Assembly (NCBI RefSeq): GCF_021028975.2
Contig: NC_059425.1
Coordinates: 24,242,001 to 24,306,000 of the forward strand
Source: Sphaerodactylus townsendi
Taxonomy: Eukaryota
Length of the DNA: 64,000 nucleotides
Direction: 5' to 3'
Shown: positions 24,401 through 43,242 of the stretch, piece by piece
How positions within the stretch are numbered: the stretch's first letter is position 1
Layout: each line of letters opens with the position of its first letter
Made by a program: the position numbers and the translations under genes
The notes under the pieces: model-generated
The model's database searches: none
Told to the model about the DNA's origin: nothing
Seen by the model: only the letters and a program-made list of their open reading frames with translations

Positions 24401-27400
24401 AAAGAATTAAGCAGAACTTGATGGTGCTTGGAAGACAATTCCTTTCTTAAATGTCTTCTGAATAACTTTTTTGCCCTCCAGTTGCCAAGGGCAGAAATCC
24501 TTATTGGCAAGCTCAGTGACGTGCTCCAATCCTGCACCATTGCAAAAACTCATTCAGCTCCTCAGCAGGCAGAGACTGAAATGGAGCTAACAGGCATGGA
24601 TTTTGCCCATAGAAGAAGAGTTTGGATTTATATCCCCCCTTTCTCTCCTGTAGGAGACTCAAAGGGGATTACAATCTCCTTTCCCTTCCCCACTCATAGC
24701 AAACACCCTGTGAGGTAGGTGGGGCTGAGAGAGCTCCGAAGAGCTGTGATTAGCCCAAGGTCACCCAGCTGGCATGTGTTGGAATACCCAGGCTAATCTG
24801 AATTCCCCAGATAAGCCTCCACAGCTCAGGCGGCAGAGTGGGGAATCAAACCCAGTTCCTCCAGATTAGAATGCACCTGCTCTTAACCACTACGCCACTG
24901 CTGCTTCCATAGCAACTATAAGAACAGATAACCAAGTAAGGTTATTTCCCAAGTTCCTTGAGGTGGCTGTTTGGACATATGAAGCACAAATCTAGAGGAC
25001 ACTTACCCGAGGACTGCGCCTGGGGGTTACGGTGGACTCTTTTATCTGATTTGGAAGAAAAAGAAAAGAAAACCAACATCCTCACATTAATGCAGTGCTC
25101 AGAATTCAAACCATTACTCACATTATCTTCTTGCACACCAACAACACTGTAATGTAAGCCAATATCTCCATATTGCAAATGAGGGGCTGAGAGAGATAGA
25201 GCAACTTGCATAAGGCCACCCAGAACTGAGATCTAAACTGACTCCTGAATCACGGCTCCGCCAACGAATGATGTAATACAGTGACAGTGAATGAATAGTA
25301 CATCTTACAGAGGCAACAGAGAGCTGTTATTGGAGCAAGCCCTCATGATCTGGAACTCCCCAGCTTGGGATCTTTTCTTGTTTGCCTAGAACTACAGAGC
25401 AGGCTTTAGCAAATCAACTTGCTTCTGCTTTATGCTACAGGGAACCACTTGTACTACATAAAGCAACCAAATTAGAAGTTTTGTTGGATTGCATCAACAA
25501 CAACCACTTTGTAGGCAGCATACGAACTTAATACAATGTAAAGACAGAGCTGCCTTATACTAAACAGCTCACTTAGCTCAATACTATGTGCTCTGATGAG
25601 AAGGGGCTTTCCATAAAGTTTTCCCTTCTGTCTATCACTATTGCCTGTGAACTATACTGGGCTGTATCTTAAAAGCTGCTGTCCTCACAAATGGCAGACA
25701 TCAGAAGACTCATAAATAAAACCTCTCAAAAGGAATAGTCAAATTAACAGTAACACTTAATCTCTGTAGAGTGCTATCAAGTCTTCAGAGCACTGTACAT
25801 GTAATATACTGGTACAATGCTTACCACAGCGCTGTAATGTAGGGGAGTATTAGTATTCTTATATTGCATATGGTATAAGTTGCATATCTGCCTCTAAAAA
25901 GAAAAACCTGCATATGCCCAAGTATAGAAACTGTTCTTTCCTCTGCTTTTGGTCACCTTAAAGAGAGGAAGAAACCAACACGTACAGTAAATATTTTAAA
26001 AAATGGATCCTCTGTGACAGCTGCTGATTAAAAGTGCATTCTGCATGTGTTATCAGATCACAGAATGAATTCACAGATGATCACACCATGAGGAAAACTG
26101 CTGCAAAACACCTAAACCCCCACGTACCTGCCGACTGCGTGGCACAATCTTTTTCAGAGTTATTGGCCTTGTTGCAAATGGTACTGGAACCTGCAGAGAT
26201 TGACAGAGCATGCGTTTTATCAGCGGATAGGTGCGTTACCAGAGATAGATAAGTGCAGTTGAAGACGGCTTGGCACAGCAGACAAATAACTTCACCACAC
26301 AGTAGCTTCACTTCAAAGAAGGAATTTTACTTTCAGGTGCAAGCTATATACAAGTGAATATCAAAGAACAAACCAGCAGCATGCCTCGCAGTAAACATAT
26401 ATCCCTAACAGCTAATGTGCACAGATAGTGCTCCACTATTATACAAACACTGCCCAATCACAGTGAAGGCCACATCACCGGACCAGACTGGTTTGATTCA
26501 GTTACATCAGGCTTTTGCCAACTGACCCTGGCTGACAGGTGCTGTCATCTAGATCTTCATGATCTGTGCACAAGATGCACACCTCTTTATTTTGATTCCC
26601 TGACAGAGATTACAGAAGACAACCCAGGTGAGATGCAGGAATCCTACCATAGTTTCAGTTCCAAACTCAGCTTTTCACACAGGTCATTTAGATTTCTGAC
26701 TGTGAACTCTTTGGCTATGAGGATCTATTTTTTTAGGTTACTTTGCAATGCACCGTGCATTTTGAGGGGGGCAAATAATGTATCCTACAATATCTTGATT
26801 TGTCTCTGCTTGCGTTGGCTTAAGAGGAGGCTTACATTACAGTCACAAGAAATACTATTAAGCAGAGCCAGCTAAAGATAAGTCAGTGTTGGGGACAAAT
26901 AATACAAATGGGGCTATTTGGTATGATCCAGTAGGATATTATGCTGTGCAAGCATTATAGCTCTCAATCATTCATTACAACTGGTCTTGTGCAACTCAAG
27001 TGGTATCCCATGTCTACACACAGCTGTCCACCCCAGACACTTTTAATGCTTCATGAAGATCCCAGGGACGCTGTAGGAACTGAACTGCCTGGAGGCACTT
27101 TTGAGGTAGATTTGGGTAATAAACTGAATAATCCCAACAGGATGGAAGTACTATTGGTAAAAGGAAGGCCTGAACCAGGACTGAAGGTGTCCTTTGTCTC
27201 AGTATGATTAAATTCCCCTTGAAGAAATAGCTTTGTACCTTGGAGCTGTTCCTAGATCAAGATCTACTGTTGGATAATCAGGCAGCAGCACACCTAGCAA
27301 CGCTTTTTACCAGCTTCAAGTGGTTTGCTATCTGAAGCCTTTCCTGCACAGAAAAGATCTGTCCACTGTGGTATATCATCTGGTGTCACCTACATTAGAT

Positions 27401-29006
27401 TACTATGCCGTATATGGGGCAGCCTTTGAAAAGCACTTGGAAACATAAACTGGAACAAATGCTGCAGCCAAAATTTTGACTGCAGAGAGTTACAGGGACC
27501 ACAGTCTTGGCTTATCTACACTAGTTCCCAATCTGTTTTCAACGCTAATTCAAGATCTTGATGTTGACCTTTGAAGCACCAAATGACTTAGAGACAACCA
27601 TACCTGAAGGACCACCTACTCTCATATGAACCTATCGGATCACCAAGGTTATCTTTTGAGACCCAGCTTTCAGTGCCTCTGCCTTCTGGGATGAGAGAGC
27701 CTTCTCGGTCGTCGAACCAAAACTATGCAACTCTCTCTCCAAGGATATTCATCTGTGTCCTCCTGTCATTGTCTTCAGCCTACGGGTGAAGACTTCATTT
27801 TGTATGGCATTTCATTCATGATCTCTCCTTTCACCCTATTTTTAATTATTGTTTTGCACACTATTTAATATTCTTTTAGTCTAGGTTTTAATTGCTTCTA
27901 TTATAGGTTTATAATTTGTTTTTCAACTGTTAGCTCCTTGGTAGCCACCTTTAGAAAGATAGAATTGCAAGCTTTGTAAACAAATAAATGATTCCAGATC
28001 AGTAGGATATGGACTTTGCGCTGCTAGGAAACTGAGGTGAGCGACAGTAATTTATCCCTGGGTCTCAGGTCACACTTAACCCCTCCCAGATCAAGCATTT
28101 ATGAAAAAAAAGCAACTCACTGGGCTGCTCATCATCTTGCTTGCCACCAACCGAGGTTTCCCTTGGGACACAGGCTGAGCAGTGGATGCCATGTTCCTTT
28201 CAGATCTGCGCCTTGGAGGAGAGCAAACAGCATCTGGAGGAAAAAGAGAAAAGAACAGGCCATCTTCAGAGCAACATATAATTTCTTGCCTTGAAATCCG
28301 CATGGTGTCTGGAGTTGCTACGGACCGTGCACTTTTGCAACTTGGCAACACACCCTTATATTGTTCCCTTGCAAAGAGACTAGCTCAGTTTAGGCAGGCA
28401 AGCTCTGAAGAACAAACAAGATGCCAAAAATCAAGCCAGCCCCATCCAGGCTAAACAGGAAACCAGGCCTGTCTGGTAAAAAGGCAGAATTGCATACACT
28501 CCAACAAGCCCTAAGGAGGTTGCAGTGACTGAATGTATAGCTTAAATATTTTGCTGTACTGCAGGTTGTTAGGGAACTGGTAGTCTGAGGACCAGTCCAA
28601 AGATAACATTACCCTAGTTATCAAAGAAAGCAGCTATACCAAAATGTTTTCTTTCCTCTTCCCATCCCTTATTTTAGGATTTGCATCTGACAGATTACAA
28701 GGCAGTGGCTAGTTTATCTCAAAGCTGCCCTGCGATGTAGGAGGATGAAAGTAAAGAGTTTAGTGGCTGAGCGAGAACATAAACGGCAATCCCGCAGTCC
28801 TCATAAACAAGAAACAATTCTGCAAGGAAACCCTCAACAGCCGAAATCTTTCACCATTCAGCTCTCAGCGAAGCTCTCACCAGGCAACGTTCCTATGGGT
28901 TTGTCACCCTCTCCCTCTCACCTGCCCCCGCGTCTCCAGCAGACCGAGCCCGCCTTAGACGACAACGAACGGGCCCACGGCCGCCGCCCTCTCCCCCTCC
29001 CGCCAT
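18431..29006 (-). CDS. CDCA5: Sororin (cell division cycle associated 5), 306 aa; coding exons 29006-28922, 28233-28121, 26190-26128, 25045-25007, 21738-21199, 18511-18431
   Basis: All introns are GT-AG and in phase. Motifs: RPITLKKIVPR, PRRSPR, KEN box (DKENL), VRRSYSRL (YSR), TLFGF (FGF motif), KKKKVPQF and the C-terminal ELDEWAAQMNAEFDEAERFDLLVE*. Head-to-head with ZFPL1, as in human. Confidence 0.95.
19300..20110 (-). mobile_element. Non-LTR retrotransposon ORF2 C-terminal fragment (RTE-X-like, tentative)
   Basis: The 169-aa ORF MGLPNCVPFAAICLETG..KYWLKI..LTLARFNVMPS has LINE C-terminal character and lies in a CDCA5 intron. Confidence 0.55.
20250..20682 (+). mobile_element. RTE/BovB LINE 3' fragment
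   Basis: Encodes GCESWTIKKADRKKVDSF, LRLSYFGHVMRR and MLGKVKNSRKRGKPNTRWID. Confidence 0.8.
22177..22727 (-). mobile_element. Penelope-like element: ORF 3' end plus pLTR, with an inverted partial pLTR
   Basis: Minus-strand peptide KAWLPVLKNTRIK (Penelope-like C-terminus); inverted arms at 22177-22263 and 22637-22727; contains a hammerhead motif. Confidence 0.75.
22260..22300 (-). ncRNA. Minimal type I hammerhead ribozyme (Penelope-associated), intact core
   Basis: On the minus strand: CCU CUGAAGA U GCCAGC CACAGAU GCAGGC GAAA CG UU AGG. This has both conserved core boxes, helix I CCU/AGG, helix II and the palindromic ACGU helix III. Confidence 0.7.
23640..23812 (+). mobile_element. Penelope-like pLTR fragment (second subfamily) with a degenerate hammerhead
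   Basis: TCCT CTGAAGA TGCC..GGC AAAACGTC AGGA at 23720-23762; GAAA is changed to AAAA. Confidence 0.65.
24613..24906 (-). mobile_element. Squam3-like SINE, full length
   Basis: Same family as 2204-2490; flanked by a CCATAG duplication (24607-24612 and 24907-24912). Confidence 0.8.
27090..27990 (+). mobile_element. Old L2-type LINE 3' fragment
   Basis: Degenerate (T)LDY..YMGQPLK..KLEQ and FKILMLTF motifs, ending in an aaataaa tail. Confidence 0.55.
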
Positions 29007-29029
29007 AATCATCTCCAAGCTCTCCTCCT

Positions 29030-29560
29030 CTAGCTTCGCTTTGCCGTTTAGAATTGCCCGCCACCCCTTCGCCGGAAGTGACGTTCACATAGTCGCATCA
29101 CTGAAGTTCCGGGAAGAGCCAAAGCGGTCATGAGTTTCGACTAGTGGCATCTATCTAGCATTTTCAACTCTGTGGTAGAACGCCCTATTGGGAAAGAGTG
29201 TGGAAAATCTGTTCAGTTTTCAAACAGTAACAGTTTATTCCTCTACCCTTTTCGGCTTCTATGACTTGCGCGTCCGGCCAATTAGGTTCCTCTCCCGGCT
29301 TCCTATGTAAAAGGCGGACACACGTCATCATAGAGAAGCTAAGGCGCGCCCATAGTGTGTGTTAAGACACTTCCGGATCATGACGACCCTGACAACTGAA
29401 AACCGGAAGTCCTGTTTGCGTGGTTGTGAAGATTGCCTCTATGGTATGATGACTTCCCTTTAGCATCGCGCGTTGTTTTTCTCTTGGGCGCCGATATCAT
29501 ATATGACGGCATCACAGTGCGACTTTCCCGGAAGAGACGTGGCAGTTGAGCCAAGGGTCA
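29030..29560. promoter_or_regulatory. Bidirectional CpG-rich promoter for CDCA5 (-) and ZFPL1 (+)
   Basis: ETS-CRE composite CCGGAAGTGACGT at 29072-29084; further ETS sites at ~29368 (ACTTCCGG) and 29403 (CCGGAAGT); CCAAT boxes at 29187-29191 and 29278-29282; CHR-like TTTGAA on the minus strand at 29219-29224; probable noncoding ZFPL1 exon-1 donor ATG|gtatga at ~29443. Confidence 0.7.
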
Positions 29561-30692
29561 AAAAAAGAGAAAAAGCGCCCCCCCCCCCGTCTGACTCTCC
29601 CCGCCCTTTATCGTGTTTTCTGTGATTTGTGGCTGCTGAAGTCTCCTGTGTAGAGGTTTTTCTCTCTGAGCAGGGGAAGAAGCAGGTGGAGAAGAGCGAG
29701 GGCTGGGGCGCCTGGGTTTCTAAAGAGAGGAAAAGGCGGAACTGGATACCTGGGGAGCCTGTTTTTCTTTCTCTGGGGCGGGGGAGTGCAAAAAAGGTGT
29801 TGCGACTAGGACACCTGGATTCCTTTTTGAGTGAAGATTCACCAGGAGGTTATAATATTGTGAGTAGATCACTGAATTTCTTTGACTAGGAAGCCAATTG
29901 GTGGGTCTGGAGGTTGGGACGATTAGTCTCAGGCAGGTGTGAGCAAGTGGTAGATCAGTTTTCGAAATATGTAAAATTTTAGTTTTTTAAGTGTAACGTT
30001 TCAAGTTAGTATATGTTTATGAACAAGTAAACACCCCTTACTTGCTGGGACTTGCTTCCACTAATAGGATTGGAATGTATAGGAGGTGTGAGTTAGGATG
30101 CCTGAATTGCTTTCGTAGGAGGCCTGTCATTTCTTTGTCTGGGACACTGGTGCAGCGTATGGCTTACTTCTAATGTTGTTAACTGTCAAATGAACTTAAA
30201 TTACATTATGCCTACTGGTAAATTTAGAGCACATGGGCTGTTTCTGTCATGATGTGTTGTTTCACCTTTGAAAACTGTGTAAGAGACAGAAGGTTTCCAA
30301 GGCCTGTTTTTTCATTCAGAGCATCTACAAATTTGATAAAGGTGCAGGAGCCGTGTAAGAGGAAGGAAGGAAAAGAGGGCAACTGTAGGAGGCAGAGCTG
30401 TGAAGGCATTGATTAAAGTGTCAGGAAGGGTTGATCAAGGTGTGTTTATTTTTGAAGAAAAAAGGAAGTGATGTTAGACTAAGATTCTAAACTTCTATGG
30501 CAGGGAATACTAGGGAAGTAATGTACAGAGGGTGTTAGGGAATGAGTTTTGTAGTCTGGAGATCAAATAAGTATGCTGTTTTACTGCAGCAGGCAGTAGT
30601 CAGGCATGTGGAAGAAAAGCTTCTGACCCAGGCAAGACTTTAAACCCCATTTCTGTGCTTTTCTTACCCTGTCCAGCTCATTTTCGTCCTGA

Positions 30693-37130
<6,438 letters not shown>

Positions 37131-38928
37131 GCAGGGCAGCTTTCGCCCCCGCTGCTGTGCACCCTTCCCTTCTCCAGACCTCCTGGTGACTTGGGGAAGA
37201 CGGAACTAGGGGATGATCTGTGGGAAAACTGCTGCAGCCAGATGGAACCGCCTTCCCTGGAAGAGCACATCAAGGCTCTGGTGCCTGCAAGGTCCACTAG
37301 GGAAGTTTAGAGAAAGATGCCTGGAGTGAAGGCAAGTCGTCCTCTTTCTCTCTTCGAACTGTGGATCCGGAGCTTGAGACATTAACTGTTTGGAGCCTAC
37401 AGTTGGCAGCCTTCAAGGATACTGGTCTACAAGTTCAACGGGGCAGCAGAGGAGGCCCACAAGATGGACTTCCAGCAGGGGGCAGTGTCTGCCAGATTGC
37501 CCTGATGTTGTAGAGGAAAAGAGGGGTTCTGGATCTGGTTTTCCCAGCTGCCATCTCCTGGAATCCCTTCTTTCTGTTCTCACCCAGGCCTGCATCTACT
37601 GTAGAGAAGGACATCCCAGGTTTAGCCCTTGTCACTCGGCCATGTTCTCTGCTCAGCTGTAATGGGGGCTGAGAGGTTTGTTTGCTTTTTCCTGATATAT
37701 TGTTTGAAATTTATAATGGAGGGCTAGGGTTCTATCAACCCTCATGCAAGGTCACTTTCTCAAGCCTTCAGTAGTGTGTGATTCAGTTTGGTCTCCGGGT
37801 GTTGGTAATCTTTCTCCTCCTACATCAAGTTGGACCAATATTCAACAAGCCACATGTATTCCAAGAACATCAGGAATGCTTCCTGAGATCTGCAGGGCTT
37901 GGCTGGAAGAGCACACGAGGGTGTTCGCAACTGATACAGTGGTGCTGTCCAAATCAGGACACTTGCCAGACTGGCAACGTTCCTGAGTGTCTCTTTTCAA
38001 TGCAGCCCTGTTCCAAATGAAACAGGTTGTTTACCCATTAGCAGGTCTACCCTGCCTTCTTTTGTTTGCCTGTCTGCAGGGCCTCTGCAGCTTTTAGAGG
38101 ACCATCTAGCCACAGGAGGATTTCCCCCCACCCCCCATCTTATTATGTGGGTGTAGGAAGCAGGACCTTGCTGTCATAGCTCCCGCAATATTCTGCTGCG
38201 TTACTGGCCCCAGTAAAATGTTTGTTCTGGTTGGGCTTAAATCCCATACTGCCACAATGGACTCTTTCATAATATTCAGAGGCTGATTATTGGAATAAGG
38301 TACAGGACTGTAATGGCTACTTCTCTACGAAGCTGGTAAAGAAACGTTTGGGGGTTGTAGTTTTTTCTTCTTGGGGTCCTGTTCCTGGGGGAGGGTAAGG
38401 AGGTCATGTTTTTAAGTTATTTTTGTGATCTGAAGTGCCCTGAAATCAATAGATGGGCTGTCAGATCTCTGCACAGTCAACTTCTCGGCTCCAGGCCTTT
38501 ACCCTTCCCTCCACCACCCCAGCCTCCCATGGTGGTCCCTGAGCTGGACAGCTAGCAACTGTGTTACCCAAGACCCTAAAATGGCAGATACTGCTCTACA
38601 GGCAGCAGCTGAGAGTCTGAATGCATTGTGTGCTGTGAGCTTCCGTACCAGTTACTGGGTTACTCCTTTGTTCTAATGCTGTTGCGGAACAGCACTAAAA
38701 AGGCCACGTGGCTTTTTTTTACTGCCTTGATTCATAGGGTGTGTGGAAAGCCTGGTAGAAACACAAGACTGTGTAAGTCACTAAAGCAATAGACCTGTAT
38801 GTTGCAATTCTATTAAACGCTGTTGGCTAATCCTGAGCTCCATTTGTTGCTCCTGTTCCTCAAAAGTAAACTGTAATGGCCTTTTCTGGATCCTGGGGAA
38901 ATTACTGTCTCTTCTTCAATGCGATCCT

Positions 38929-40870
38929 CTAGTAGTGCTCTTCCCTGTAGGCAATGGTGAGGTACTCCATGATAAAACGGACGATGAAGACTGCGAAGTT
39001 CAGGGCTAGGTAGAAAGAGGATGAGTCTGATCATGTTGTGTGTTCTTAGCAACTAGATGAAGCTCCTAGATCCTAGCTTTCTTCTGCACTGGTTGGGAAA
39101 TTTGGGGAGGGTTCTGTTATAGAGCACCTGCAGTGCATCCAAAACGCCCCAGGTGAGTCTCTGGAGTTTCCTGTTGAAAGATCTTGGGAGGGGTGCAAAA
39201 AACCCCTGCTACCAACCAGATGATACTGGTCAGACCAGTGATCTGGCTCATGGTCATGCCCCCCCCCCCCCCCCCCATCCCCATGTCACTGTACATTGCA
39301 CTAGTAATGGGAAAGTTTTTGGATTTCCTCCACCCCATCCTGTTGGATTTCTTAGATGCCAAACTATGTTGCTAAACATTCTGTTTAACTATGTGTGGGT
39401 GTAAGACTGAGAGGAGATGGGACTGTTTTTCTAGGATTTGAGAAATTGCTGCCCCCACCAAACACATGCACTTGGGGGAAGGCAGTGTTTCAAAATATCT
39501 TCCCCAGAAGCAGGATTATTAAAACATGAAAGAGACTGCCTTCAGCAATTTTTCTTCCTCTTTCCTACTCCTTTGAGCTGCTGTGCCTGCATTATTTACC
39601 TGAGCCTATAACAACTTATCTGGAGGCAATCATCAGCATTCTAGAAATCTGAATAACTGCTGTGAAAAGTCCCTTTAATGAAGGAGAACAGGGCAGAAAG
39701 AATGATTTATTAGAGCCGTGGACATTGAGAAGCTCAAGAAGGCTAAAAGTGTAAAGATGAAGGGGAAAAATGTTTCTGCCCCAGCCTCTTCAGTGGTACA
39801 TCACAGCTTGTTTTTGTCTTTAATGGAACTGGGACTCGAGTTCTAGTTGCTTGCCACATCCCTAATTACACTAGCTGATGGCTCTTTTGTAACCTGTGAT
39901 GGCTCTACCCCCTTTCTGATGTGATTGTCTATCCTTCCAACTCCATCGCCCCCCCCCCCCCGCAAACCTTAAGTTGCAAATCCTCACCGAAAGACGTGAG
40001 AGCGAAGCACATCAGCACACTGTCTTCTGCTTGCAAGGTATAGATGGTTGCGAGCAGAGCCCAGTAAAAGCTGACCACTTGGGAGAACTGCAGAACAAAA
40101 AAAGGCAATGTAAAAATCTTTGTTTCGAGGTAGTGGGTGGGTGCACATTTTTGCTAGCAGGAAGTACAGCCCTGAATGGTTTTTGAGTCCAGTTATAGAG
40201 TTGTCAGATCCAGATTGAGAAATCCTTGGAGATTTGGGGGCTGAAGTCTGAGGAGGGCAATGTTTAGGATGGGGAGGGATCTCAGCACGCTATAATGCCA
40301 TACAGTCCACCTTCAGTACAACAATTTTTTCCAGGTGAGTTGATCTTTGTCACCTGGAGATCAGTTGTAATCCCAGATTTCCATCTACCTGCAAATTGTT
40401 AACCTTAATCCAGTAGCCTCTTAGAGACCCCAAAGATTTTCAGGGTGAAAGCTTTCAAGAGTCAAAGCTATTTTTATCGAATAGTACGTTCTATGCAACT
40501 CTGGAGTTAATTATTTAATTTTTCAGCCCTTATAAAACGATTCAACCCTTATAACGTTTCTTAAGTTTTCACGTAGCCTAATCTTTAGTTTGACTTCTGT
40601 CCCAGCCAGGGATTATCTATTTTTTATGGCCACAATCCAAAAAGAAAATCTCTCACACCAGCTTCTGTAATTTTGGCAAAGGGGGATTAAGTTTACCAAC
40701 AGTGTTATGGTATAATGGAAACTCATTAGATCCACCCTTTGGGATCCAAGGAAGTGATACAGGTCTCCAACGATGATTCCAGTATGGATGAGAAACAGGA
40801 GGATGGAGGAAATGGTGAGGACAACTTTGCTGGGGAAGGTGATGGTTATAAATGGATCCTTCCAGCTCAT
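38929..40870 (-). CDS. TMEM262: Transmembrane protein 262 / CatSper auxiliary subunit eta, 116 aa; coding exons 40870-40697, 40087-39988, 39005-38929
   Basis: Three exons give MSWKDPFITITFPSKVV...FHYTITLL / FSQVVSFYWALLATIYTLQAEDSVLMCFALTSF / ALNFAVFIVRFIMEYLTIAYREEHY*, with three hydrophobic segments. The position between ZFPL1 and VPS51 matches human. Confidence 0.9.
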
Positions 40871-41619
40871 CCTCTCTACCCTCTTGCAGCCAGAAGTCAC
40901 GTGAATTTCACAAAGCTAAGGGCAGGATGTGCCAGTTTGTAAAAGGGATCCTGAATTCATGAGGTCATAAAGATCCAATGGTTCTAAAAGGGTGGGGTAG
41001 AGTTGTCATTTTCCATGTGGACCCTAGAGTTTTCATGGAATTACAAATATCTCCAGACTATAGAGACCAGTTTCTGTGGAAGAAATGGCAGCTTCAGAAG
41101 GTACACAGAATCACATCCCTGCCGAAATCCCTCCCCAGGCATCACACCCATTTTTTTTAAAAAAAATCCCAAATCAGAGTTGACAACCTTCAAGTGAGAT
41201 TACATGCTTACAAATAAGAAGCTGGAAGGACGCAGTACGTTAGGAATGCTTTGCTTGCAGCTATTCACTGTAGTTACATTCTGCTTGCCATTTCTAACTT
41301 GCTTCATGCATTACCCAAATCAGGCCTGTATTCTGGTATGCCTTTGCCAATCAAGGGATATCAGTCAGGAGGAGACAGGGTTAAAAAAACATAGATATTT
41401 ATTGCAATAAAGGGAGCTGCTCCTAAAGCAACAGAAACATTGGAGGCTCGCTCAGTCTCTGGGTCCTTTTATACCAAATAGTACAGCTTTCCAGAATTCT
41501 CCATCCATCCAGTAGTAATAGTGTTGGTTATTTCTGATGGGTTATACATGAATTTATTATTTCTGTGATTGGTTCTTACATGCTATACAACTGCATACCT
41601 TCTCTTTGGTGTAATGCTT

Positions 41620-42016
41620 ATACTAGAACCAGGGGGCATTCATTGAAAATGCTGGGGGGAAGAATTAGGACTAATAAAAGGAAACACTTCTTCACGCAAC
41701 GTGTGATTGGTGTTTGGAATATGCTGCCACAGGAGGTGGTGATGGCCACTAACCTGGATAGCTTTAAAAGGGGCTTGGACAGATTTATGGAGGAGAAGTC
41801 GATTTATGGCTACCAATCTTGATCCTCTTTGATCTGAGATTGCAAATACCTTAACAGACCAGGTGATTGGGAGCAACAGCCGCAGAAGGCCATTGCGTTC
41901 ACATCCTACATGTGAGCTCCCAAAGGCACCTGGTGGGCCACTGCGAGTAGCAGAGAGCTGGACTAGATGGACTTTGGTCTGATCCAGCTGGCTTGTTCTT
42001 ATGTTCTTATGTTCTT
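41620..42016 (+). mobile_element. CR1 LINE 3' end
   Basis: Encodes RTRGHSLKMLGGRIRTNKRKHFFTQRVIGVWNMLPQEVV..FKRGLDRFM, followed by the 3' UTR and a (GTTCTTAT)n tail. Confidence 0.9.
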
Positions 42017-42789
42017 ACCTTAATTGGTTTCTCCCAATTATTTTTACCATTTATCTTTGTGGCCATTAGAAGTATAGATTTGCTTGTTAGTGTAAAATAT
42101 TCCTCATTCAGTAACTGACTACTGTTACCTCCTTGATCCCTGGTATAATTCTAATTAAGCTTTGATCTACAATGGCAAGTGCAAAGATACCATTCTAATT
42201 AGGAAAGAACAAAATTGTCCTTGACCACTAAACAGTCCCTTTTAACCTACCATATCAGGTGGAAAAAGTTATTACACTCTCTTACTGGAATTTATTTCAT
42301 TATTTTCCAAACAACTTTCTATACATCTTTTTAACTGGATACTTAAAATGGGATTCCTTGCCCTTAATATCACTTCTGTTTCTGCGTGGTCTTCTAGTTA
42401 CATCTGTTTGATAAGCGTTTTCTACATCCCTAACACATGGAAATTAAAGAGGATATTTTCTTAATTTTTTAAAATTAAAAAACCTGGCAAATAAAGACCT
42501 TTCTTCTTCTTTGCCTCTTTTGTTGTATTTGTACACACATCTGAATCATGATCTATTTAAAAAGGATTAAAATTTATGAATTATAAATTCCAGAGAGGTA
42601 GTTGTGTCAATCTGTCTCAATCAAAATAGCACCTTAAACACAAACACGTATAGTGGCACCAGCTTTCAAGACACCGAGCTAAATACATTTGTTAGTCTTT
42701 AAAATGCCGCAAGACCATTTAATAATTTTAAAAAGGTGATTCCAGTGAGAACTTAAGATGCAAACACGTTAGGTGTTGCTAAAACTTTT

Positions 42790-43242
42790 CTACCAAAGAT
42801 TTTTTGTTCCCGCAAACCGGCCTCGACCAATAGTTGAAGGCAAACCCGGGGCTGGAAGGCACCACAGCTGAAAACTTCTCTTTTGCAAATGCATTCCCTG
42901 CATATGAAAAACAACTTTATGAGGAAGAAGAACGCGAAACTTTTAGCGTTGTTTTGCTGGAAGTGAATGGACAAGGCAAGGAAGTGGGTGGAGGCCATAG
43001 AAAAGTAGTTCCCATTAGTGAATTCCCAACAGCGGTTCCCTTTATTTTTCCGCATAGGGGAGCCTATGCGGTTTCCATGGCATTCAACAAAACTTTATTA
43101 TCCCCGGAAGTGATTTCTGACAGCGAACTTTATTGTTCCCGGAAGTGGTATTCGGTGCAGCGCCTCTTATATATCCCATTCGTAGCCTACTTATTGACGT
43201 TTCCAAGGCGGATTGGAGGCGGCTGGGGGGTCGGCCAGACTG
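42790..43242 (+). promoter_or_regulatory. VPS51 CpG-rich promoter (head-to-head with TMEM262)
   Basis: Tandem ETS motifs CCGGAAGTG at ~43104 and ~43139, ATTGG at ~43212, and elevated CpG directly upstream of the ATG at 43243. Confidence 0.6.

Noticed and set aside
25888-25936. Possible extra CDCA5 exon (good acceptor near 25956)
   Set aside because: Weak donor and a phase incompatible with the flanking phase-0 exons.
28152-28153. Alternative CDCA5 exon-2 donor CG|gttggt
   Set aside because: Phase 2 does not fit exon 3; the strong CCA|gtgagt donor at 28121 does.
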